Shown here: positions 1 through 8,270 of the stretch, one piece after another | Layout of the letters: each line of letters begins with the position of its first letter | Numbering within the stretch: position 1 is the first letter of the stretch | DNA from: Sandaracinaceae bacterium | Lineage (GTDB): Bacteria; Myxococcota_A; Polyangia; Polyangiales; Sandaracinaceae | NCBI GenBank assembly: GCA_044220955.1 | Contig: JBGAQA010000126.1 | Location: 1-16,769 of the forward strand | DNA: 16,769 nucleotides | Direction: 5' to 3' | Notes under the pieces: generated by a model | The model's database searches: none | Told to the model about the DNA's origin: nothing | What the model saw: only the letters and a program-made list of their open reading frames with translations | Translations under genes and position numbers: made by a program

Positions 1-1
1 G

Positions 2-31
2 CCCCCCGAGCCCCCCGAGCCCCCCGAGCCC
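2..31 (+). repeat. 9-bp tandem repeat (CCCCCCGAG)x3 encoding PPE repeats
   Basis: Directly visible at the window start; it may extend further upstream. Confidence 0.8.
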
Positions 32-2650
32 CCTCCCTCCGAGGAAGGCGGCCTCGAGCGCTGGCTCGGCGTGCGCGGCGCCGCCGCAGCGGGCGCGATC
101 TTCCTCGCGATCGCCGGCGCCTACTTCTTCGAGTACTCGATCGAGCACGGGCTCATCGGTCCCGCGATGCGCGTCGTGCTTGGCGTGCTCGTCGGCCTGG
201 GCTGCCTCGCCGTCTCGGAGTGGAAGCGCGAGGAGTACTCCGTCCTCACGAGCTGGGTCGCGGGCGCGGGCATCGCGATCCTCTACACGGCGAGCTGGGC
301 GTCACACGCGATCTACGACCTCGTCCCCTCGTGGGCGGCCGGCCTGCTCATGGTCGCCGTGACGGCCGCGTGCGCCGCGATCTCGTCGCGACGCGACTCG
401 CTCGCGACCGCGGTGCTCGGGCTCGCCGGCGGCTTCCTCACGCCGATCGCGCTCTCGACCGGCGAGGACCGGCCGGTACCGCTCTTCTCGTACCTGCTGC
501 TGCTCGACGTGGGGCTGCTCTGGCTCGGCTACCGCAAGCGCTGGCCCGCGCTCGCGTGGCTCTCGCTCGGCGGCACCGCGCTCTACCAGCTCGGCTGGGT
601 CGGAGTGCGGATGTCGTCGGAGACGGGCGTGATCGGCATCGGCATCGTACTGGTGTTCGGCGCGCTCTACGGCGGCTACGTGACCCTCCGCGCGCGTCGA
701 GACGCCGCGAGCGAGGAGGAGTCCGCCGAGAGGTCGATCCTCGCCGCGGCCTCGACGGTGCTCCCGTTCCTGCTCGCCCTGTCCTTCGCGGGCCGGGACA
801 TCCTCGCCGACCACCTCTACGTCGTCGGCCCGCTCCTGGTCGTGCTCGTGCTCGGCGCGCTCTTCGTCGCCCGGCGCGCCAGCGCCCCGTTCGTCACGCT
901 CGCCGCAGCCGTCGGCGCGCTCGGCGTCCTCGCGGTCTGGATGTTCGGCCACCCGCTCGACACCGCTTTGGCCTGGGAGCTCGTCGCCACTCTCGTCGTG
1001 CTCACGCTCGTGCTGCACGCGAACGCGGAGCTCGATCGCAGCTCGTCCGTCGCCGGCGCCGCGGCGCTCGTGGTGCTCTACGGCGGCGCGCTCTTCTCGA
1101 TCCTCGCGACGCTGAGCGCGACGAGCTCCCTCGCGCCCTTCGTCGCGATCGCCGTGGTCTCGGCGCTCGTCTCCACGCGGCACGCGGAGCTGCCCGGCCG
1201 GGGCTGGATCGGAGTGCTCTCCGGGCTCTCGCTCGGAACGGCACTCTTCGCCGTCGAGACCTCGGCGCCCGCCGCGGACGAGTCCTTCTTCGGCGCACTC
1301 TCGATGGTGCTGCTCGCGCTCTTCCACGTCCCGGCGCTCGTACCGCGGAGCGACTCCGGCCGCCGCGGGGCCGATCACGGGGCCGCCGTCGCCGCGCTCA
1401 CGCTCCTGCTCTTCCGGGTGTCCGAGTCGTGGGCGCCCTCGGTACCGATCGAGCTGGGAGGACAGCTCGCGCTCGCGCTGCTCGTGCTCTTCTCCGCGAG
1501 CCGCCTCGCGATCCCCGGCTACACCGCAGGGGCGCTCGCGCTCGCGGCCGTGTCCGCCTCCGTCGTGGTCTTCGATCGCGGCGGCCACGACGACGCCCTC
1601 CCCTCGCTCGCGCTGCTCGCCGTGGCCGTCGTGCTCTTCGCGGCGTGGCCCGCGGTCGCGGGGCAGCGCTATCGCGCCCAGGCATGGGCGTGGCGCGCCG
1701 CGGCGATGGCCGGTCCCGCGTACTTCGTCGTCATGCGCCAGGCGTGGCTCCGTGCCTTCGGCCCCGGGGCGATCGGCGTCCTGCCCGTGTCGCTCGCGGC
1801 CGTCTCGCTCGGAGCGCTCTGGCTGGCGCGCGCACGCGGGCCGGGCGACGACGCGACCCGGCGCACCGCGCTCGCCTGGCCCGCCGCGATCACCGCGGGG
1901 TTCGTGACGCTCGCGATCCCGCTCCAGCTCTCGAACGAGTGGCTCACGATCGGCTGGGCGCTCGAGGGGGCCGCCGTGCTCTGGCTCTTCCGCCGCATCG
2001 ACCACGCGGGCCTCAAGTGGCTCGCGGCGCTGCTCTTCGCGGCCGTCGCGACGAGGCTCCTCGTGAACCCCTACGTGCTCGGCTACTACCCGCGCGGCGA
2101 GCTGCGCGTCGTGAACTGGATCGCGTACACGTATCTCGTCCCCGCTGCGGCGATGATCGCCGGCTACCTCGCGCTGGCGCCGCTCGAGGTCGAGCGCCTC
2201 CGGCCGCTCGAGCAGACGCTCTATCCGTCGAGGACGCCGTGGCTCGCCCGGACGCTCTTCGCCGGCGCCCTCGCCACGGTCTTCGCGTGGATCAACCTCG
2301 CGATCTTCGACTGGTTCGCCAGCGGCCCCGCGCTCTCGATCCCCACCGAGCACATGCCCGCGCGTGACCTCACGATCTCGATCGCCTGGGCGATCTATGC
2401 GCTCGGCCTGCTCGCGCTGGGCGTCTGGCGGCAGTCCTCGGGGCTGCGCTGGACGAGCCTCGTCCTCATCATGGTCACGTGCTTCAAGGTCTTCCTCTAC
2501 GACCTCTCGCACCTGCACGACCTCTACCGCGTCGCCTCGCTCGTCGGGCTCGCGGTCTCCATGATGGCCATCTCGCTCCTCTACCAGCGCTTCGTGTTCC
2601 GCCGCCCGAAGAAGACAGCCGCTCCCACTGCCCCGGAGGCCCCGCCATGA
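2..2650 (+). CDS. DUF2339-type predicted polytopic membrane protein; 5'-partial (frame open from base 2)
   Basis: The frame reads PPEPPEPPEPPPSEEGGLERWLGVRGAAAAGAIFLAIAGAYFFEYSIEHGLIGPAMRVVLG, which resembles the DUF2339 family start after a Pro-rich linker. It continues through many hydrophobic segments to the typical C-terminal KVFLYDLSHLHDLYRVASLVGL. The GTG at 71 is probably internal. The stop overlaps the next start (ATGA 2647-2650). Confidence 0.85.
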   Translation, partial: PPEPPEPPEPPPSEEGGLERWLGVRGAAAAGAIFLAIAGAYFFEYSIEHGLIGPAMRVVLGVLVGLGCLAVSEWKREEYSVLTSWVAGAGIAILYTASWASHAIYDLVPSWAAGLLMVAVTAACAAISSRRDSLATAVLGLAGGFLTPIALSTGEDRPVPLFSYLLLLDVGLLWLGYRKRWPALAWLSLGGTALYQLGWVGVRMSSETGVIGIGIVLVFGALYGGYVTLRARRDAASEEESAERSILAAASTVLPFLLALSFAGRDILADHLYVVGPLLVVLVLGALFVARRASAPFVTLAAAVGALGVLAVWMFGHPLDTALAWELVATLVVLTLVLHANAELDRSSSVAGAAALVVLYGGALFSILATLSATSSLAPFVAIAVVSALVSTRHAELPGRGWIGVLSGLSLGTALFAVETSAPAADESFFGALSMVLLALFHVPALVPRSDSGRRGADHGAAVAALTLLLFRVSESWAPSVPIELGGQLALALLVLFSASRLAIPGYTAGALALAAVSASVVVFDRGGHDDALPSLALLAVAVVLFAAWPAVAGQRYRAQAWAWRAAAMAGPAYFVVMRQAWLRAFGPGAIGVLPVSLAAVSLGALWLARARGPGDDATRRTALAWPAAITAGFVTLAIPLQLSNEWLTIGWALEGAAVLWLFRRIDHAGLKWLAALLFAAVATRLLVNPYVLGYYPRGELRVVNWIAYTYLVPAAAMIAGYLALAPLEVERLRPLEQTLYPSRTPWLARTLFAGALATVFAWINLAIFDWFASGPALSIPTEHMPARDLTISIAWAIYALGLLALGVWRQSSGLRWTSLVLIMVTCFKVFLYDLSHLHDLYRVASLVGLAVSMMAISLLYQRFVFRRPKKTAAPTAPEAPP

Positions 2651-4725
2651 AGCGCGCCGCGCTCGCTCTCGTCCTGCTCGCGCCGAGCGTGGCGCTCGCG
2701 CAGACCGATCCCGCCGATCCGGGCCGCCTCTTCTCGCACGCCGCGCCGGTCGTCACGAGCGATGACGGCTACGCCACGACGCATCGACTGCCGCTCTCGG
2801 CCGACGTGCTCGCGGTGTGCCGGCCGGACCTCTCGGACGTGCGCCTCTACGGCCCAAGCAACGTCGAGGTCCCCTGGATGCTCGACAGCGCGACGCGCGC
2901 GCTCACGCCGGAGACGGAGATCGTCTCCTCGCTCGCCGCGCCGACGATGCAGACGCTGCGGCACGAGATCGAGGGGCCCGCGCGTACGCCCATCGCGTTC
3001 CACGAGAGCTACGAGCTCGCCGGGCCGGGCGATCCGCCCTCGCGAGCCGCGTGGGATGTCGTGCTCGACGCGAGCGCCGCGCACTTCGTGACGCAGGTGC
3101 GCGTCGTCGCCGTCGCCGCGGACGGGACGGAGCGAGAAATCGGAGGGCGCGGCGTGTTCCGCTTCCAGGCTCCAACGCGCGAGCGGCTCACGGTGCCGGT
3201 CCGTGCGCCGGGGACCGATCGCGTGCGCGTAGAGCTCACGGGTAGCGAGGGGTTCCTCGAGCCGACCTTCCGCTGGGTCGCGACGCGTGGCGCGCGCTCG
3301 GCCGAGGCGCTCGTCATCCCGCTCGAGATCGCGTCGCGCACGCGCGAGGGTGGGCAGACCGTCCTCGTGATCACGCGACCCGAGGGCGTCGCGCCCGAAG
3401 CGCTGCGCTTCACCACGACGACGACCGCATTCCTTCGCGGCGTGCGCGTCGAGACCCCCGCGCAGACGGTCGACGCGACGATCTGGCGCGTGCCGGGCGA
3501 CGGCTCGATCGAGTCGGTCGACGTGCGCGTGCCCCCCGCGCGCACGCCGACGATCACCGTCCGGATCGACGACCAGGACAGCCCCGCGCTCGAGGGGCTC
3601 ACGGTGTCCGCGGTGCTCGCGCGGCCGGTGCTCGTGTACTTCTCGTTCGCCGAGGTGCTCCGATTCGGCGGCGGGCGCGTGCGCGCGGCGCGCTACGACC
3701 TCGATGCGCTGCAGGGATCGTGGGCGATCGATCAGCTGCTCGACGGCAGCAGCACGCCGGACGACGCGACGCTGGGCCCGATCACCGAGAGCCCCTCGTG
3801 GACGAGCGAGCCGGCGCTCGCGCCGCTCCAGCGCGCGGGAATCGCGGTGCCGCCGGGGGACCACGCGTTCGCGGCGCCGCTCGAGGTGAGCGCGGCCCAC
3901 GAGGGCGCGAGCCGCTTCGTGCTGGACGTGGCGACGCTGGGCGCGGCGCGCGCGGATCTCGCGGACCTGCGGATCGTCGACGGCGAGGGCCGGCAGTGGC
4001 CTTATCTCTTCCGCGACGCGGAGCCGCTCCAGGCGGCGGTCACGCCGGGCGCGCCCGAGCGCGGCACGACCGAGACGCGCTACGAGCTCCCGCTGCCGGC
4101 GCCGATCGTCGCGCCCTCGGAGCTGCGGCTCGATCCGGACGCGCCGCTCGTCTCGCGCGGAGCGCGGGTGCTCGGCGTCGACCTCCGCGGCGACGAGCGC
4201 GAGCTCGGGCAGACCTCGCTCGCGCGCTATCCGGGGGAGGACGCGGCGCCGCTCTCGGTGCTCCTCGACTCGGGGACGCGCGTGGGCGGGCTCGCGCTGC
4301 TCGTGACCGACGGGAGCGAGACGCCGCTCGTGTTCCGCTCCGCCGAGCTCGTGATCCCGACGCGCGAGGTCGTGCTCGTCGCGCCGCCGGGGAGCTACCG
4401 CGTGCTCGTCGGCGACGACGACGCGCAGGCGCCGACGTACGAGATCGAGGCCGTCCGCGGCCTGCTCGACACGATCCCGATCGACGACGCCACGCTCGGC
4501 ACGCTCGCGGCGAACCCGGCGCACCGGGTGCCGAGCTTCTGGGAGCGGACCGGGACGAGCACGCTCGCGCTGTGGGCGGTGCTGGTGCTGGCGATCCTGG
4601 TGCTCGGCGCGCTGACGTGGCGGGCGAGCCGGAGCGAGGGCGAGAGCGAGGGCGAGAGCGAGGGCGAGAGCGAGAGCGAGAGCGAGGGCGAGCGCAGGAG
4701 CAAGGGCGAGAGCGAGCCCTCTTGA
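2647..4725 (+). CDS. DUF3999-like exported, C-terminally membrane-anchored protein (692 aa) with an internal duplication
   Basis: ATG at 2647 overlaps the upstream TGA. It has a signal peptide (MKRAALALVLLAPSVALAQ), two copies of the R.DL.D.R...G..VP[WY] motif, and a C-terminal TM (LALWAVLVLAILVLGALTW). DUF3999 genes commonly neighbour DUF2339 genes. The ORF-track start at 2479 is an over-extension. Confidence 0.7.
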   Translation: MKRAALALVLLAPSVALAQTDPADPGRLFSHAAPVVTSDDGYATTHRLPLSADVLAVCRPDLSDVRLYGPSNVEVPWMLDSATRALTPETEIVSSLAAPTMQTLRHEIEGPARTPIAFHESYELAGPGDPPSRAAWDVVLDASAAHFVTQVRVVAVAADGTEREIGGRGVFRFQAPTRERLTVPVRAPGTDRVRVELTGSEGFLEPTFRWVATRGARSAEALVIPLEIASRTREGGQTVLVITRPEGVAPEALRFTTTTTAFLRGVRVETPAQTVDATIWRVPGDGSIESVDVRVPPARTPTITVRIDDQDSPALEGLTVSAVLARPVLVYFSFAEVLRFGGGRVRAARYDLDALQGSWAIDQLLDGSSTPDDATLGPITESPSWTSEPALAPLQRAGIAVPPGDHAFAAPLEVSAAHEGASRFVLDVATLGAARADLADLRIVDGEGRQWPYLFRDAEPLQAAVTPGAPERGTTETRYELPLPAPIVAPSELRLDPDAPLVSRGARVLGVDLRGDERELGQTSLARYPGEDAAPLSVLLDSGTRVGGLALLVTDGSETPLVFRSAELVIPTREVVLVAPPGSYRVLVGDDDAQAPTYEIEAVRGLLDTIPIDDATLGTLAANPAHRVPSFWERTGTSTLALWAVLVLAILVLGALTWRASRSEGESEGESEGESESESEGERRSKGESEPS
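4633..4692 (+). repeat. In-frame 12/6-bp tandem repeat (AGCGAGGGCGAG)x3 + (AGCGAG)x3 + GGCGAG encoding an SEGE/SE acidic tail
   Basis: Directly visible; it translates to SEGESEGESEGESESESEGE just after the TM. Confidence 0.9.
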
Positions 4726-5266
4726 ACCGCTCGGCTCATCGACCGCGACTGGCACACGCTGCCTTGCTCGACCCGAGTAGGCCCGATGCCGCCAGGCCCT
4801 CGTAGCCGAGCGGCTCCACCCGGTACCGTGGCTCCTCGGCCGCGCGCCCGAGTGCGAGCCTCACCGCTCGCCGAGGCCTGGCGGCGGGCCGCCACCACCT
4901 CCGCCGGATTCGATCGCCAGTCGCCCTGATTCGAGCCCGCGACCCCGGGACGGCGCTTGCTCTGCGCCGGCGCGTGTGCGGGCGCTGAGCTTCCGTCTCG
5001 CGCGCGCCGCGCCTGACGATCGCCCCTCGAGCGCCGAGCCCCGCCCCACGACGCGTTGACGCCGACCGCCCGCACGCGTTCAGGGTGTCGGGTGTCTGCA
5101 CGCCGCGGCCAGCACCGATCTCAACGTTCGAGCGACCGACGCCGGCCTCATGGGGTCGAGCCGGCCTCGAGGAGTGGGCGGGCCCATCCGACCAGCGTCG
5201 TCGTCAGCAGTCGACCCTCCGGGTCGTTTCTGCGAGCATCGCCTCGCGTTGAGCGGGAGGATGACG

Positions 5267-5688
5267 ATGCGAGGGGTACTGCGGTTCTTGGGAGTGGCGC
5301 TCGCGCTGACGTGCGGCTGCTGCTCACGGTGCACGAGATCGCGTCCGATGGCTCCGACCAGGCGATGCTCGTGACGTTCGCCGTCGAGGGGAACCTCTAC
5401 GCGAGCGCGCGCGTGCTATCGGCGAGCGAGATCCGCGTCGACGCTGCGCGCGCGACGCCGGTGGGAACGCGCGACGGAGTCATCGCGAGCTGGGACGTGA
5501 CGCAGGCGCCGCGCTTTGTCCGGAGCTACGGCCGGGCGGGATCGATCGGCGAGATGACGTTCATCGCGCCCGATCCGGCGCATCACGCGCTCTACCTGGG
5601 TGGCGACTCGACTGGCGGGATGACGGTGGAAGGAATGACGGTCGACTCGGATGGGTACGACGGCTGGATCGCGCGCCTGACCTATTGA
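5267..5688 (+). pseudogene. Frameshifted or internally deleted lipoprotein gene with a beta-propeller-like C-terminal remnant
   Basis: GGAGG (5256-5260) lies 6 nt before ATG 5267, which encodes a lipoprotein-like signal MRGVLRFLGVALALTCGC; that frame stops at 5374. The protein-like body (LLTVHEIASDG...LYLGGDSTGGMTVEGMTVDSDGYDGWIARLTY) is in a different frame, from about 5320 to TGA 5688. Confidence 0.55.
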
Positions 5689-5746
5689 CCCGACGTAGGA
5701 GGGCAGGTGCCAGGGGTGTTGGGGGAGAGGGTTCTGTCACTCGTGT

Positions 5747-5926
5747 GGGTGTAGACCCGATCCTGACGCGGCGGCCTCGTGAAAATGGATCGCAGCACCA
5801 CGGCGAAGGCCTCGCGCGAGGGGCGACGATCGGCGAACCCCAGAATCACGACGCTGCGCTCGCGCCCGCGCATCGGAAACGTCTGGAATCATGGGCCGCG
5901 GGCGCGTCAGCATGAGATCTACACCG
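5747..5926. mobile_element. 180-bp MITE-like non-autonomous element
   Basis: Terminal inverted repeats GGGTGTAGACCCGATCCTGACGCG (5747-5770) and, as reverse complement, CGGTGTAGATCTCATGCTGACGCG (5903-5926) are 19/24 identical. They are flanked immediately by an exact 8-bp direct repeat ACTCGTGT (5739-5746 and 5927-5934). There is no transposase inside. Confidence 0.75.
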
Positions 5927-6028
5927 ACTCGTGTTCGCGTCTCCGAAATCCGGTGATGCTGTCGCGCCAGGCCGCGGTGCGGGGGCAGCGTGAGCCAGAA
6001 GGTGGCGAAGCACGACGACGGACGGAGC

Positions 6029-6057
6029 GCGCCTCGGCTGCTTCGCAGCCGAGGCGC
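6029..6057. terminator. Perfect 13-bp GC-rich hairpin; possible terminator or 3' stabiliser for the minus-strand gene ending at 6139
   Basis: GCGCCTCGGCTGC-TTC-GCAGCCGAGGCGC, about 80 nt past the stop at 6139. Neither strand has a U-tract, so its function is uncertain. Confidence 0.4.
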
Positions 6058-6138
6058 TGATCCATGCAAGCGAACCGAGCGGTTCATGCCGCGAAAGTAG
6101 CGTTTGGACGGGCTACCCTCCGCGCTCAAGATGTCGAG

Positions 6139-7374
6139 TCAGGGACAAGAGTCGCCGAGCGGATAGAAGCGGACTTCGACGGCGGAGTAGGTCCATCCGA
6201 GGGTCGCGACCTCGGGGCCGTCGTGCCCGGCAGTCCACGGGACGTGACCGATCTCGAGGAAGAAGGCCGAGCTCCCATGGGGATACGGGGACCTTCCATC
6301 GATGTGATCGACCCTGGCGACGCCTTCTCCGTACGCGAGGCTCGTGCCCGCCGCGTCGCTCAAGCGCAGCCACCAGCGTCCCTCCTCGGCGTCGTACGAG
6401 TACGAGACGTGATGACGGGCCCCTTCTGCCGTCGCGGCCCCCGATGCGCTCAGCACGTCCGACCAGAGGCCCGATCCCTCCGTGATTCCGAGGTTGCTCT
6501 CGGCGCGAAGACGCGAGGCGGCCGTGAAATTCACGTAGCCGACGCAGTTGTCGAGCCAGCCCTGACCGCGGAGACCTCGATGCAGCCAGAAGACGTTGTG
6601 CATCCCGAACGTCCCTTCTGCATGGTCCGATGCCCATGCCCCGCGCACGACGTCGAGCTCCACGTCGATCCGCCCGAAGACGAGGCCATCATCGACGTCG
6701 AAGTCCCTGCGTCGAACGGGCTCTGCGGCGGTCGGCGTGAACGGCCCGTCCCAGGTGAACACGAGCGGATCGCAAGTGTGGACTGGCGGGGCTGGACAGA
6801 ACGTCGTCGCGGCGGCGCAATCGAGCGAGCAAGCGCTGCTGCGAAACGTCAGTTCGACGGCGTCGCTCCGAGCTCCATCCTGGACTGCCCAGGCGGTCCA
6901 GCTGCCGAGGAGTCGATCGTCGCACGACGCGGAGCCGGTCGTGGAACGCGCGAGGCTTCCGTACCCCGTCGCGTCGAGGGTGACCTCGTCGAACACGAAC
7001 GGCGCGACGCCACACGAGGGCCGTGACGCCCAGATCTCGACCACGCTCGAGGGACGGCCCGTCACCGCGAAGCCGAAGAGCATGTCGGGCGCCGGGTGCG
7101 CCACGGCGAGGTCACGACACCGCTCGCCGGGGAGCGTGACGATCGAGAGTGGTGGACCCGACTCGACGGTCGCATCCGCCGGTCGATCGGCGTCGCGCGC
7201 GTCGGCCATCCACGCGTCGTCGGGCGTTCGGATCCACGCGTCGTCATCGAACGGCGCCGCATCGCCGCGCGGAGAGCCCGCGTCCAGCGGCGCGCGGCGA
7301 GGCTCGAGCTCACTGCCGACGCAGCCCGCGATCCCCGCCACCGAGAGCCACACCATCCATCGAAGTCGGTTCAT
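6139..7374 (-). CDS. Putative lipoprotein of unknown function (411 aa): Asp/Ala-rich linker plus two beta-rich extracellular domains
   Basis: Start MNRLRWMVWLSVAGIAGC (lipobox IAGC) lies directly behind a sigma54-type promoter and is followed by a DA-rich linker (LDAG..GDAA..DDAW..DDAW..DARDA). The ORF-track start at 7494 is over-extended. Confidence 0.8.
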   Translation of the reverse strand: MNRLRWMVWLSVAGIAGCVGSELEPRRAPLDAGSPRGDAAPFDDDAWIRTPDDAWMADARDADRPADATVESGPPLSIVTLPGERCRDLAVAHPAPDMLFGFAVTGRPSSVVEIWASRPSCGVAPFVFDEVTLDATGYGSLARSTTGSASCDDRLLGSWTAWAVQDGARSDAVELTFRSSACSLDCAAATTFCPAPPVHTCDPLVFTWDGPFTPTAAEPVRRRDFDVDDGLVFGRIDVELDVVRGAWASDHAEGTFGMHNVFWLHRGLRGQGWLDNCVGYVNFTAASRLRAESNLGITEGSGLWSDVLSASGAATAEGARHHVSYSYDAEEGRWWLRLSDAAGTSLAYGEGVARVDHIDGRSPYPHGSSAFFLEIGHVPWTAGHDGPEVATLGWTYSAVEVRFYPLGDSCP

Positions 7375-7385
7375 GTGTCCCGACC

Positions 7386-7401
7386 AGCACGTCGCGTGCC
7401 G
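7386..7401 (-). promoter_or_regulatory. sigma54 (-24/-12) promoter for the 7374 lipoprotein gene
   Basis: Minus strand CGGCACG-CGAC-GTGCT against consensus TGGCACG-N4-TTGCW. GG-N10-GC spacing is exact, and the -12 C is 13 nt before the ATG. Confidence 0.75.
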
Positions 7402-7430
7402 CGTGGGTGCAGCGCGTCCTCCCGCAGCGC

Positions 7431-7451
7431 GCGTATGCGTGCGCGCTACAC
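7431..7451. promoter_or_regulatory. Putative enhancer (UAS), copy 1
   Basis: GCGTATGCGTGCGCGCTACAC shares GCGTA-N6-CGCGCTACAC with 9973-9993 and lies upstream of the sigma54 promoter. Confidence 0.55.
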
Positions 7452-7487
7452 ACGAACCTGCCGCGCCACGAACGCCGTCGCTCGCAG

Positions 7488-8270
7488 TCAGCACGACCCG
7501 TCCGCCGTCGGCGCCTCGCCTGCGGAGAACACGTGGACCTCACCGCCGGTGATGCCGACGGAGAACCACTCGAACGTCTCGTCGACGAACGCGTCGGCGC
7601 GGTAGTAGACGGTCGCCCCGTCGCAACTGATCCAGAAGCCCGGCTCCACCGCACCACCGAGTGTGTTCGGTCCGCTGATCCGGGTCGCGATTCCGCCTCC
7701 GATGGGCGCCGAGAAGAGCTCGAAGACGCCGATCGCCGTCCGGCCGGCCCGGTATACGACGCGCGTGCCGTCCGGTGAGATGCGCATCCCCGGAGACACG
7801 TCGTAGTCGAACGCCAGACGATGGCTCACGCGAACGACGGGCCCTCCTTCGATCGAAACGCCCCAGAGCTCGAACATGTTGTCGCTCTGGGCGTCTGCCA
7901 AGTAGAGCACGCGGCGAGCGTCGGCGGACACGACGAAGCCGATCACATCGCCCGCGTCCTGTAGCGGTCCAGAGATGCGAGAAACGCCGGACGCCGTCTC
8001 GACGAAGAGCTCCTGCATGCCGGCGGTCTCGCCGACGGCCAAGAACACGCGCGGCGGCGGTACAGCATCAGGTCCCGCGTCGGCCGGCGCCGCGTCGTCA
8101 GAGGCCGCGTCGTCGGAGGTCGCGTCGCGGCGGAGCGCGTGTGCATCCACGAGTGGTGTCGCATCCGGAGGCGGGAGCGCAGCGTCACACGCGGCAGACG
8201 CTGGGACGGCGCATCCGGCGGCGACGGCCACGAGGACGGTAGCCCAGAGGCTTGAGGACGTTCGCGTCAT
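7488..8270 (-). CDS. Putative lipoprotein with TolB/PD40-like beta-propeller repeats (260 aa)
   Basis: Signal peptide and lipobox (...VLVAVAAGC), a DA-rich linker, then about 3.5 repeats of about 50 aa (ISPDG..V.Y.A......FELFS..I.GG...RISGP). The start overlaps the upstream stop (ATGA 8270-8267). Confidence 0.85.
   Translation of the reverse strand: MTRTSSSLWATVLVAVAAGCAVPASAACDAALPPPDATPLVDAHALRRDATSDDAASDDAAPADAGPDAVPPPRVFLAVGETAGMQELFVETASGVSRISGPLQDAGDVIGFVVSADARRVLYLADAQSDNMFELWGVSIEGGPVVRVSHRLAFDYDVSPGMRISPDGTRVVYRAGRTAIGVFELFSAPIGGGIATRISGPNTLGGAVEPGFWISCDGATVYYRADAFVDETFEWFSVGITGGEVHVFSAGEAPTADGSC

Noticed and set aside
4750..4767. TGGCAC...TTGC, resembling a sigma54 promoter
   Set aside because: GG-to-GC spacing is 8 or 13 rather than 10, and no gene follows.
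220..4805. Long alternative-frame and antisense ORFs (220..2367 +, 302..2518 -, 2581..4755 -, 3720..4805 +)
   Set aside because: Arg/Ala-rich shadow frames of the two real high-GC genes, with no motifs.
4736..5101. Minus-strand ORF with a short protein-like stretch (RVEPLGYEGLAASGLLG)
   Set aside because: No recognisable family, start signal or codon bias; it cannot be supported without a search.
5701..5731. Four G-runs, a possible G-quadruplex
   Set aside because: The first loop is long, G-runs are common at this GC content, and there is no independent support.
5739..5934. Invertible segment, dif site or attC site
   Set aside because: No adjacent intact invertase or integron integrase, poor match to dif and attC consensus, and the exact flanking direct repeat fits transposition better.
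5685..6129. Similar peptides TRVGVDPILTR (+) and TRVGVDLMLTR (-), suggesting duplicated small genes
   Set aside because: Explained by the MITE terminal inverted repeats plus a near-palindromic target duplication; the ORFs are otherwise not protein-like.
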